Below are positions 33,060 to 46,106 of a stretch of 64,000 nucleotides of DNA, piece after piece. The DNA comes from Neocallimastix sp. 'constans'. Taxonomy: Eukaryota. Positions within the stretch are counted from its first letter, which is position 1, and each line of letters opens with the position of its first letter. The notes beneath the pieces were generated by a model that searched no databases, had not been told where the DNA came from, and saw only the letters and a program-made list of their open reading frames with translations. Both the position numbers and the translations under genes were made by a program. The DNA is taken from contig JBODTK010000130.1 of NCBI GenBank assembly GCA_050613775.1, forward strand, positions 62,001 to 126,000, given 5' to 3'.

Positions 33060-36000
33060 TTTAAAAAAAAAAAATATTAATAAAATACTTTAACAATTAT
33101 ATAGATTTATTTATTTAAAAAAAATATTAATAAAATACTTTAACAATTATATAGATTTATTTATTTAAAAAATATTAATAAAATATTTAAACAACTATTA
33201 ATAAAATACTTTAACAATTATATAGATTTATTTATTTAAAAAATATTAATAAAATATTTAAACAACTATTAATAAAATACTTTAGCAATTATATAGATTT
33301 ATTTATTTAAAAAATATTAATAAAATATTTAAACAATTATATAGATTTATTTATTTAAAAAAAAATATTAATAAAATACTTTAACAATTATATAGATTTA
33401 TTTATTTAAAAAATATTAATAAAATATTTAAACAATTATATAGATTTATTTATTTAAAAAAAATATTAATAAAATACTTTAACAATTATATAGATTTATT
33501 TATTTAAAAAATATTAATAAAATATTTAAACAACTATTAATAAAATACTTTAGCAATTATATAGATTTATTTATTTAAAAAAAATATTAATAAAATACTT
33601 TAACAATTATATAGATTTATTTATTTAAAAAATATTAATAAAATATTTAAACAACTATTAATAAAATACTTTAACAATTATATAGATTTATTTATTTAAA
33701 AAAAATATTAATAAAATACTTTAGCAATTATATAGATTTATTTATTTAAAAAAAAATATTAATAAAATACTTTAACAATTATATAGATTTATTTATTTAA
33801 AAAAAATATTAATAAAATACTTTAACAATTATATAGATTTATTTATTAAAAAAATATTAATAAAATATTTAAACAACTATTAATAAAATACTTTAGCAAT
33901 TATATAGATTTATTTATTTAAAAAAAATATTAATAAAATACTTTAACGATTATATAGATTTATTTATTTAAAAAATATTAATAAAATATTTAAACAACTA
34001 TTAATAAAATACTTTAACAATTATATAGATTTATTTATTTAAAAAAATATTAATAAAATACTTTAACAATTATATAGATTTATTTATTTAAAAAAAAATA
34101 TTAATAAAATACTTTAACAATTATATATATTTATTTATTTAAAAAAAAATATTAATAAAATACTTTAACAATTATATAGATTTATTTATTTAAAAAAAAA
34201 TATTAATAAAATACTTTAACAATTATATAGATTTATTTATTTAAAAAATATTAATAAAATATTTAAACAACTATTAATAAAATACTTTAACAATTATATA
34301 GATTTATTTATTTAAAAAAAATATTAATAAAATACTTTAACAATTATATAGATTTATTTATTTAAAAAAAAATATTAATAAAATACTTTAACAATTATAT
34401 AGATTTATTTATTTAAAAAATATTAATAAAATATTTAAACAATTATATAGATTTATTTATTTAAAAAAAATATTAATAAAATACTTTAACAATTATATAG
34501 ATTTATTTATTTAAAAAATATTAATAAAATATTTAAACAATTATATAGATTTATTTATTTAAAAAAAATATTAATAAAATACTTTAACAATTATATAGAT
34601 TTATTTATTTAAAAAAAATATTAATAAAATACTTTAACAATTATATAGATTTATTTATTTAAAAAATATTAATAAAATATTTAAACAATTATATAGATTT
34701 ATTTATTTAAAAAAAATATTAATAAAATACTTTAACAATTATATAGATTTATTTATTTAAAAAATATTAATAAAATATTTAAACAATTATATAGATTTAT
34801 TTATTTAAAAAAAATATTAATAAAATACTTTAACAATTATATAGATTTATTTATTTAAAAAAAATATTAATAAAATACTTTAACAATTATATAGATTTAT
34901 TTATTTAAAAAATATTAATAAAATATTTAAACAACTATTAATAAAATACTTTAACAATTATATAGATTTATTTATTTAAAAAATATTAATAAAATATTTA
35001 AACAATTATATAGATTTATTTATTTAAAAAAAATATTAATAAAATACTTTAACAATTATATAGATTTATTTATTTAAAAAATATTAATAAAATATTTAAA
35101 CAATTATATAGATTTATTTATTTAAAAAAAATATTAATAAAATACTTTAACAATTATATAGATTTATTTATTTAAAAAAAATATTAATAAAATACTTTAA
35201 CAATTATATAGATTTATTTATTTAAAAAATATTAATAAAATATTTAAACAACTATTAATAAAATACTTTAACAATTATATAGATTTATTTATTTAAAAAA
35301 TATTAATAAAATATTTAAACAATTATATAGATTTATTTATTTAAAAAAAATATTAATAAAATACTTTAACAATTATATAGATTTATTTATTTAAAAAATA
35401 TTAATAAAATATTTAAACAATTATATAGATTTATTTATTTAAAAAAAATATTAATAAAATACTTTAACAATTATATAGATTTATTTATTTAAAAAAAATA
35501 TTAATAAAATACTTTAACAATTATATAGATTTATTTATTTAAAAAAAATATTAATAAAATACTTTAACAATTATATAGATTTATTTATTTAAAAAATATT
35601 AATAAAATATTTAAACAACTATTAATAAAATACTTTAACAATTATATAGATTTATTTATTTAAAAAATATTAATAAAATATTTAAACAATTATATAGATT
35701 TATTTATTTAAAAAAAATATTAATAAAATACTTTAACAATTATAAAGATTTATTTATTTAAAAAATATTAATAAAATATTTAAACAATTATATAGATTTA
35801 TTTATTTAAAAAAAATATTAATAAAATACTTTAACAATTATATAGATTTATTTATTTAAAAAAAAATATTAATAAAATACTTTAACAATTATATAGATTT
35901 ATTTATTTAAAAAAAAATATTAATAAAATACTTTAACAATTATATATATTTATTTATTTAAAAAAAAAAATATTAATAAAATACTTTAACAATTATATAG

Positions 36001-37630
36001 ATTTATTTATTTAAAAAAAAATATTAATAAAATACTTTAACAATTATATAGATTTATTTATTTAAAAAATATTAATAAAATATTTAAACAATTATATAGA
36101 TTTATTTATTTAAAAAAAATATTAATAAAATACTTTAGCAATTATATAGATTTATTTATTTAAAAAATATTAATAAAATATTTAAACAACTATTAATAAA
36201 ATACTTTAACAATTATATAGATTTATTTAATTAAAAAAAAATATTAATAAAATACTTTAACAATTATATAGATTTATTTATTTAAAAAAAATATTAATAA
36301 AATACTTTAACAATTATATAGATTTATTTATTTAAAAAAAAATATTAATAAAATACTTTAACAATTATATAGATTTATTTATTTAAAAAATATTAATAAA
36401 ATATTTAAACAATTATATAGATTTATTTATTTAAAAAAAATATTAATAAAATACTTTAGCAATTATATAGATTTATTTATTTAAAAAATATTAATAAAAT
36501 ATTTAAACAACTATTAATAAAATACTTTAACAATTATATAGATTTATTTATTTAAAAAAAAATATTAATAAAATACTTTAACAATTATATAGATTTATTT
36601 ATTTAAAAAAAAATATTAATAAAATACTTTAACAATTATATATATTTATTTATTTAAAAAAAAAATATTAATAAAATACTTTAACAATTATATATATTTA
36701 TTTATTTAAAAAAAAATATTAATAAAATACTTTAACAATTATATAGATTTATTTATTTAAAAAAAAATATTAATAAAATACTTTAACAATTATATAGATT
36801 TATTTATTTAAAAAAAATATTAATAAAATACTTTAACAATTATATAGATTTATTTATTTAAAAAATATTAATAAAATATTTAAACAATTATATAGATTTA
36901 TTTATTTAAAAAAAATATTAATAAAATACTTTAGCAATTATATAGATTTATTTATTTAAAAAATATTAATAAAATATTTAAACAACTATTAATAAAATAC
37001 TTTAACAATTATATAGATTTATTTAATTAAAAAAAAATATTAATAAAATACTTTAACAATTATATAGATTTATTTATTTAAAAAAAATATTAATAAAATA
37101 CTTTAACAATTATATAGATTTATTTATTTAAAAAAAAATATTAATAAAATACTTTAACAATTATATAGATTTATTTATTTAAAAAATATTAATAAAATAT
37201 TTAAACAATTATATAGATTTATTTATTTAAAAAAAATATTAATAAAATACTTTAGCAATTATATAGATTTATTTATTTAAAAAATATTAATAAAATATTT
37301 AAACAACTATTAATAAAATACTTTAACAATTATATAGATTTATTTATTTAAAAAAAAATATTAATAAAATACTTTAACAATTATATAGATTTATTTATTT
37401 AAAAAAAAATATTAATAAAATACTTTAACAATTATATATATTTATTTATTTAAAAAAAAAATATTAATAAAATACTTTAACAATTATATATATTTATTTA
37501 TTTAAAAAAAAATATTAATAAAATACTTTAACAATTATATAGATTTATTTATTTAAAAAAAAATATTAATAAAATACTTTAACAATTATATAGATTTATT
37601 TATTTAAAAAAAAATTAATAAAATATTTAA
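33060..37630. repeat. ~4.6-kb tandem satellite inside the MULE; 50-bp core unit with 48- and 71-bp variants
   Basis: Unit AAAAAAAATATTAATAAAATACTTTAACAATTATATAGATTTATTTATTT; period 50 seen at 33081 vs 33131. Confidence 0.97.
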
Positions 37631-37980
37631 ACAATTATTAATAAAATTAATTATAAACATTAATAATAAAATATAAAAATATAAAAATATATTATTGATA
37701 TTAATAATAAAGTATAAAAATATAGGATTATTTATTTTAAAAAAACTATAAATAAAATATTTAAACAATTATTAATAAAATTAATTATAATAATAAAATT
37801 ATAGAATATTTATTTAAACTACATAAATTTTATCAAGTATATAAACATTTTAACTTTTTAATAATTATAAATTTTTTAATTAATAAATTTAATTATAAGT
37901 TTTTGTATGAAAGAATTTTAATGATTTTTTCTTTTGGAAATTCCTCTGTCATTTCATAATTATTTATTATTAAATAATAT

Positions 37981-39397
37981 TTATAAAATATTATTTAAAT
38001 TAGTTAAACATTCAAACCACAATTTAGAAAGATCACTTCTATCATATTTTATATTAATTAACTTGGCTTCTTTATTTTTGTATTTTTCAATTAAGATATT
38101 AATTTCATCAGTTTTTGTTTTTATTTTTTTTTTCATTCTCCAAATTCCTTTTATTTTCATTTGGTAATCATAATATGATAAATGTTCCTGTTCTTTTAAT
38201 TTATTTATTAATTCATAAAAATTTGGTTTCATTGGAAATAGTTTATTTAAAGAATTATTGAGTGATTCTGAAGCATTATTGGTTATATGTTCAATATTAT
38301 TATAATAATTCCAACTTTTCATATCGTAACCAATTAAATATGTTTCATAAAAATATTCTAAAAATTTTAAAAATTGACAAGAATTTTTTTCAATGGATTT
38401 AGTTTTAATTAATGAAAAAATATCCATTATGTATTCAGGGTTGATAAATGGTAAGTTTGAAATTCCTTTGTAATAATTAAATATTTTTTCATCATCGTTC
38501 ACTTCATTACGGCACAATTCATTTTTTTTAATTTCTAATAAATTTTTATAATGCCAAATACAATATTTAATATTTATATTAGGAAATATTTTTTTAACTG
38601 CTTTGGATATGCCTTTTTCAAAATCGCAATGTACATTTTTTGGTTCAGTTATAATATTATTATTAGAATTTTGTTTTAATTTATTGAATAACATTTTATA
38701 TGTTTTTTGCTTTTTATTTCTTAATATTGCATAAGAAGTAGTATAAAAACTATTCAATTCTTTAACGTAAGTTCTAGTAATAAACACTTGTTGACTAAAT
38801 TTAGGTGCGATATAAAAAGTACCATCCACAAATATATCATTATTTCTTAAATAATTTTGCTTGGAAAGGGGATTGAAAAATTACTAAATCAGAATTTTTG
38901 AATATCATAAAATCTTCATTTCGTTCAGTTTTATAATATTCAGATTCATTAGGAATTTCATTAAAAGTTGTTACATTGGATGGTAGTTTTTTATTAATAC
39001 TTCTTAATATTAGAGTTTTAACTGAAATATATTCTGGACACGGATATATAAATCCCATTTCTTTAGAAATTTCATTATATAGTCTTTTTCGTTTTATATC
39101 AAAAGGATTTGAATGTTTTTTAATTTCATCTTTAATTTTATGTTTCATTACAGATAGGGATACACTGTATTCGTTTCCAGGATGATTATGTAAACTCTCA
39201 TATTTTAAGATTTCTTTCTCATTATTTAAAATAATAAAAGATTTACATTTATTATTTTTTTTATATTCGGTACATTTATAAACTCTTGAATTATCTTTCC
39301 TTGAATGTGAAAAATTAAATTTATATTGTTTATTAATAATGATTTGTTCTTCTCCTTTATTAGACTCACTTATATAAATAGTTATGTTTTCTTCCAT
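37981..39397 (-). pseudogene. MULE transposase (N-terminal FLYWCH/WRKY-like Zn finger plus DDE domain) split by one frameshift near 38840
   Basis: ORF 39397-38840 has YKCTEY..C...HNH. ORF 38829-37981 has DGTFYIAPK, HCDFE, CIWH (CxxH) and TNNASES. The junction reads KLFKK-t-NDIFVDGTF, so one ORF is restored by a small indel. Confidence 0.88.
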
Positions 39398-41120
39398 TTA
39401 TAAATTTTAATATATAGTTTTTAATTATATCTTTTAAATAATTATATTAATTATCTAAATATTATTTTTTAATATTAATTCTGAACAATTAAATATTCAA
39501 TTTTTTTTAAAAGATAAAAAGTATTTTAATTATTTCTTTTTCTTTTAATTTTTTTTAAAAAAAAAACAGATACATAAAGTATATATGAAAATATTTTAAT
39601 TTTTATTATTTAAAAGTAAATTATTTATTTAATGTATATAAAAAAAACTTAATTATTTATTTATTCTAAATTAATATTAATTATTTTTTTTAATATATAC
39701 TAATAAAGAATTTATGAATTAATTAATTATTTTATTTATATTATAATCTAATTAAATTATTAACTTTTAAGTCTTTTTAAAACAACAAATATATATAGCA
39801 TTTTTTAGCATATAAAGTAGAACTGGGCTTTCTACTGGTTGTTATGTGGCGACTTAATAATCATCTGGTGTCCGGCCAACCCCTGCTGGTATCTATTCTT
39901 GATCTGATTTTCCCGATAGTGTTTGGAGAAAGGGTAAAGGGGTTATAATGGCACAATTTCAGGTAAGTATTAATTCCGCTCCTACCATTATTGGATTGCC
40001 ACGTATTTAATTTCTATATTTGATCACCCATGGCATCCTAGTGTAGTTGTATAGCCTATACTGTGAGGGTTACGAGTTCAATTTCTATAGGATAACACGG
40101 ATGTTATTTGGCAAGACATGTCTACTGGAGCTACCTCTGCTTAGGAATTTGGAGCGCCGACGTCGTACTGATATAGTATAAGATATATATACCAAAGTAT
40201 ATATGTTCTTTACAAGCCCATATATATAATATGGGATAGACATGTGAATTCATATGTGTAAAAAACCTATTTATATATCTCTACAAAACGGTTGCTGTAA
40301 TATATAAATAGTAATTGAAATGTGAACAACAAATTTTAATTTTTGAAATTTCAATTTACAGTTATAATTTAAGTCTTATAAAAATATTATTTTGTAATTT
40401 TTATTATTATTTAATATTTTATTTATAAATTATATATAAAATAAAAGGTTTAATTCTATTATTAATAACAACTAAAGTTTTAGTTATAATATAAAAAATT
40501 AATATTTTAAATAATATTAATTTAAATATAAATTTATAAAATAAAATTTTTTAATAATAAAATATAAAAATATTATATTGATATTAATAATAAAATATAA
40601 AAATATGAAAATATAAAAATATAATATTAATAGAAAAATATAAAAATATAATATCAATAATAAAATATAAAATATAAAAATATAATATAAATATTAATAA
40701 TAAAATATAAAAAATAAGGTTATAAGGAAAATAATTATTTATCATTTTCCTTATAACATGATTGTCAAAAAAAAAAAAATTATATAAAAATATTTTATTT
40801 TTTATTGACCTTTTTAATTTTTATTTATTTATTTATTTACTTATTTATTTATACATTTATTTCTTTTTTACTTAAAATTATATTAAATTTTATGGCGTAA
40901 TAATATAAATTTTAAAAGCCACAAATAAATAGATGGCTTATTAAAATTTCAAAAAAAAAAAATTGGCGAAATGGACCACATTCAAATTTTTAATAAATAA
41001 TGTTTTATAATATTTAATTTTAAAATAATATTTTAATGTTTTTTTGTTAAAATAATATTTAATAATATTCAATTTGTTTATTATAAATAATATGTTTATA
41101 AGATTTTTTTTTTGATGTTT

Positions 41121-41154
<34 letters not shown>

Positions 41155-41209
41155 TTAACCCATTTATATTTATTTTTATTTTTATTTATTTATATATATA
41201 TATATATAT

Positions 41210-41260
<51 letters not shown>

Positions 41261-41806
41261 CAATTATTTAAAAGCCACGTTAAGAAATGCAACTCTCCTT
41301 TTATTTTTATCTATTTATATATTTATTTTAAAAACTTGAATAATACATAATATTTTTTTTTCCTAATTTTAAAGCCAGTCTTAATACACTTTCGATTCTT
41401 ATTTTGCTTTTTTAGCATATAGAAATGTATATTAATATTAATAATTAATATTAAAGTAAAAAAAATAAACTGAAATATATATATAAAAAATTATATATTA
41501 AGAATATTGGTGTATCTGAAATCTTTAAAAATAATTTTCTAAGTTATTTTATTAACTATTTTCTAAGTTCTTTTATTAGATTTTTTCTATTTTTTTTTTT
41601 TATTAGAAACAATAACTCTTTTGCTTTCAATTTTAATATTTATACAAAAAAATGAAATTTGGATTTCTATAATAATTATGAAATGTCTTTATATTTGATA
41701 ATTAATAAGAATTATAAAATTTTTAAAAATATATGACTTTATGATTATTACTATATTATTATTATAAAAAATAAAAATATAATAGTTATTCAATTTATTT
41801 TATTTT

Positions 41807-41837
<31 letters not shown>

Positions 41838-42275
41838 TTTTTTTTTTTTGTAAAGAAAAAAAAATAATTATAATATCTGTAATTATCATTATAAAAATTT
41901 AATAAATTTAATAAGGATTAATTTTATAAACAACATTTAAAAAAAAATATTTAACTTAATATCTAAAAGTATTTATATACTTTATAGAGTTTTCTTAATT
42001 CATATATATATATATAATATATATATTATTAAAAAAGAAGTAAAATATAATACATAGTACTATTGCTTTTAAATTAAAGTTTTAATATATAAAAACTATA
42101 AAAAAAAAAAAAAAAACTATAAAAAAAAACTATAAAAATATCATATATAAATAGCATCAATTAATTAATATTTATAATATATATTAATATATATCAAATA
42201 AAATAAAAATAAAAATATTGTTTATTATTTGGCTCTATCTAATATCATTTGTGTTTGCTTATTTTCTTTTGTTTT

Positions 42276-43190
42276 CTAATTATTAATACGTTTAATACTT
42301 TGTATTTCAATTCTGGATGGTCTACTTGATATCTCTTCCCATGCATTACTTAATTCCTTTAATTTATTCTGAATTTTATTTTTTAAGTTTTTGTCGTTAA
42401 ATGAAAATTTAAATGTTTTACTCTTTTTATCTTCTGACTTAATTCCTTGTAATAATATATAATCCCATTTTTCACTTAATTTATTTATTGAATCTGTAAT
42501 TTCTTTAAAATTATCTTTATTTAATGCATGTATCTTTTTGTTACCGCTTATTTTTTTTGCCAAAATTGAAAATTTTGGTCCTATTACACCTTTGTTTCGT
42601 TGTTGTGATATATCAGTATGTGCTGCATTCCATGTTATAGCTCTACATTTATAATAATAATCTTCATCAGACATACCCGGTTCTTGTTTTGGATAATCTG
42701 GTTTAATTATTCTTTTGAATAATTCACATTCAACTTTTTCAAATTCCAAGTCTTCTTTAAAGTAGTATTCAGGTAAACTCGTACTCAAAATATCAACCCA
42801 ATTTCCCTTAGATGAATTCAAATATTTCTTCACAAAAAGAACAGCAAAAGCCTCAGGTGTTTCAGCATATTGTTTATATTTTTCTACTAATTCATCTTTT
42901 TTGGTCTTTTTCTGTTTGTCTTTATTATTGTTATCTTTTTTATTTTCTTTTTTATCTTTATTATCTTTATTTTTTTTATTTTCTTTCTGTTTATCTTTAT
43001 TATCTTTATTTTTTTTATTTTCTTTCTGTTTATCTTTATTATCTTTATTTTTTTTATTTTCTTTCTGTTTTTCTTTATTATCGTTAATTTTTTTATTTTC
43101 TTCTTGACTTTTACTTTTCTTCTGTTCTTTTTGATTCTTATCTTTTTGTTGTTCTTTTTGATTTTTATTTTTTTGCTGTGATTCTACCAT
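42276..43190 (-). CDS. Intronless hypothetical protein, paralog 1 of 3, with a K/N/Q/E-rich repetitive N-terminal extension
   Basis: 304-aa ORF; the C-terminal ~210 aa align colinearly with the other two copies. Confidence 0.85.
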   Translation of the reverse strand: MVESQQKNKNQKEQQKDKNQKEQKKSKSQEENKKINDNKEKQKENKKNKDNKDKQKENKKNKDNKDKQKENKKNKDNKDKKENKKDNNNKDKQKKTKKDELVEKYKQYAETPEAFAVLFVKKYLNSSKGNWVDILSTSLPEYYFKEDLEFEKVECELFKRIIKPDYPKQEPGMSDEDYYYKCRAITWNAAHTDISQQRNKGVIGPKFSILAKKISGNKKIHALNKDNFKEITDSINKLSEKWDYILLQGIKSEDKKSKTFKFSFNDKNLKNKIQNKLKELSNAWEEISSRPSRIEIQSIKRINN

Positions 43191-43387
43191 TTTAGAAATA
43201 ATTTTTAAATAAAAAAAAATAAAGATATATATATATATAATGTTTTATTTTAAAAAGAAAACTTTCTTTTGTTTACTTTTTTTTTTATCTTAAAGTTCAA
43301 AGTTCACTTGTCTTATTTACTTATTTATTATGTTTTCTATATTATTATTATTACTATTTTTTTTAAAAAATTTTTCTCTTCTTTTAT

Positions 43388-43421
<34 letters not shown>

Positions 43422-43644
43422 CTTTCTTTCTTCTTTTAACCAATATCATAAAATAAAAATAAAAGAATAAAATTTATTATTATTTAATTCTATCTATTAA
43501 TATTATGTCTATTTTTAATTTATGTCTTATACAGATGTGTTAAATATATTTAATTAATTTAGAGTCGAAATAGAAATTTGTATTTTAAAAAATAGCATCC
43601 ACATATATAGTAATATATTTTAATAAATAGCTATATTTTATTCA

Positions 43645-43675
<31 letters not shown>

Positions 43676-44859
43676 TAAAAATAAAAATAAAAATAAAAAT
43701 AAAAATAAAAAATAAAATATAAAATATATATATAATATAATGTAATATATTATAATATATTACATTATATTATATTATTTAAAAAAGAAAATTAGTTCCA
43801 AAAAAAAAAGGAATAAATTAATTATTAGATAATTATTAATCAATGGATTATTTAATTTTTGAACTTTTTTTTTTTTATTACACGATAATTCATTTAATTC
43901 GAGATATCAAATTATAATAATAAATTAATCTTCATTATCAAGATTTATTATTAATAAAGATAAACAAAAATATTATTTTTATTTTTATTAAGAAAAGACA
44001 ATAATTGGGATAAACGAGAAGGGAGGACAATTAGGGTCTCTAGTTTCTCCCTTAAGTATATCATACTCTCATTGAATTCTTTACCATACCATTTCGGCGT
44101 CTACAAGGATCTCTCTCAAGACATTCCCTATACTCCGCTTTATACGATGTGTTTCTTTTTAGGGATTTCTTGAACCATAATCGAATAAGGAACAATTAAT
44201 ACTAATCTTTTCATAGATCAAATGCTCTCTTCATTAGCAACTATATTGTCTACCAACAGGAACACTTATCATGACGAGTGAACACCAACTTAATTTATAG
44301 GAAAAATCACTCCATATAAATTTAGGAGGAGTTGATACAGAAACCTTTTGTATTAGTTTCGAGTACTAACCACAAGGATAAAAATTATAATAACAATTAT
44401 CATTGTAAAAATCTTTAATTATTTTGTTAGAAATAATTTTATTCTTAGATAAGTTATAATATATCTTTTTTTTTTTTTAATTCATATTTCATTTATATAC
44501 TCAAATATAATTAATATTTATTTAATTATGTATTAAACTTTTATTTAACATTATAATTTATTTAGTTAAATAGTTTTTATATATTTTAAAAATAATGATT
44601 TATTTAATTATTCATTTAATTATTAAATTTATTAAAAGTAATAAATTTAATAATTAAAACTTTCTTTTACGATTTTAGTTTTTTTTTGTTTATTATAACT
44701 TGTTATAATAAACTTACAAATTAGAAAGAACCATAGATAAGTGTTATTCTTATCTTAGCAGTTAATATTAATGATTAAAACTACTATTAATGATTAATAA
44801 TTTAATAATTTAATTAACTTCTAATTAAAAATTTATACTATTTTTGTGCATATTATTTA

Positions 44860-45530
44860 TTATGTATTATTTATTAATAAATACTCTTTGTATTATTTAT
44901 TATTTATTAATAAATACTCTTTGTATTATTTATTATTTATTATTTATTAATAAATACTCTTTTTATTATTATTTATTATTTATTATTTATTAATAAATAC
45001 TCTTTGTATTATTATTTATTATTTATTATTTATTAATAAATACTCTTTGTATTATTATTTATTATTTATTATTTATTAATAAATACTCTTTGTATTATTA
45101 TTTATTATTTATTATTTATTAATAAATACTCTTTGTATTATTATTTATTATTAATTAATAAATACTCTTTGTATTATTATTTATTATTTATTAATAAATA
45201 CCCTTTGTATTATTATTTATTATTTATTATTTATTAATAAATACTCTTTGTATTATTATTTATTATTAATTAATAAATACTCTTTGTATTATTATTTATT
45301 ATTTATTAATAAATACCCTTTGTATTATTATTTATTATTTATTAATAAATACTCTTTGTATTATTATTTATTATTTATTAATAAATACTCTTTGTATTAT
45401 TATTTATTATTTATTAATAAATACTCTTTGTATTATTATTTATTATTTATTAATAAATACTCTTTGTATTATTATTTATTATTTATTAATGAATACCCTT
45501 TGTATTATTATTTATTATTTATTAATATTT
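44860..45530. repeat. ~36-43 bp minisatellite (AATAAATACTCTTTGTATTATTATTTATTATTTATT)n
   Basis: About 17 copies of the TACTCTTTGT/TACCCTTTGT core; explains the YSLYYYLLFINK ORF. Confidence 0.92.
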
Positions 45531-45904
45531 TATTAAAATAAAAAAAAAATAATATATATTGGTAATTATTTATTTATTTATTTATTTATATTAAACAATT
45601 ATAATTACTACTTAAAAACACCACAATACGAAATTCATTTACTTTCAATTTGGACATTGATTTTTATTAATTTTATTGGACATTAATCTTTTTTTTTTAT
45701 TATAAAAAATATTTCTATCACTATGTCTATTATTTATTTAAATTTAATTTAATATCTAATTATATGATAATATTTATAATCACAATTTTTTGGTCATATA
45801 ATTTAAATTTTCTTCAAAAACCATTTTATTTAGGTCCACAATTTTTAACATGTTTTTTAAAATGTTATACTATTTTTTTATTTACCAAGATAAAAAACTT
45901 TTTT

Positions 45905-46106
<202 letters not shown>

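Larger units (their letters stand above)
32812..40983 (-). mobile_element. Mutator-like DNA transposon (MULE), 8.17 kb
   Basis: Perfect 9-bp TSD AAATTTTTA at 32803-32811 and 40984-40992. Imperfect TIRs GGGAGAGGTCCAAAACGCCAAATTTTTT vs (rc) GAATGTGGTCCATTTCGCCAATTTTTTT, with a further subterminal GGCTTTT match. Contains a MULE transposase. Confidence 0.88.

Noticed and set aside
33060..37630. CRISPR-like array
   Set aside because: Units are contiguous near-identical monomers with no unique spacers, and no cas-like genes are present. It is a satellite.
39960..39970. U1 snRNA gene (minus strand begins ATACTTACCTG)
   Set aside because: Only the 11-nt 5' end matches; I see no U1 stem-loop or Sm-site pattern downstream. 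Better read as a consensus splice donor on the + strand or chance.
32812..40983. Fanzor/TnpB-type RNA-guided nuclease cargo in the MULE
   Set aside because: No ORF or relic with RuvC or Zn-finger motifs is visible apart from the transposase.
44028..44040. Telomere repeat or telomerase template (TTAGGG)
   Set aside because: Single isolated hexamer, with no tandem array or 1.5-repeat template.
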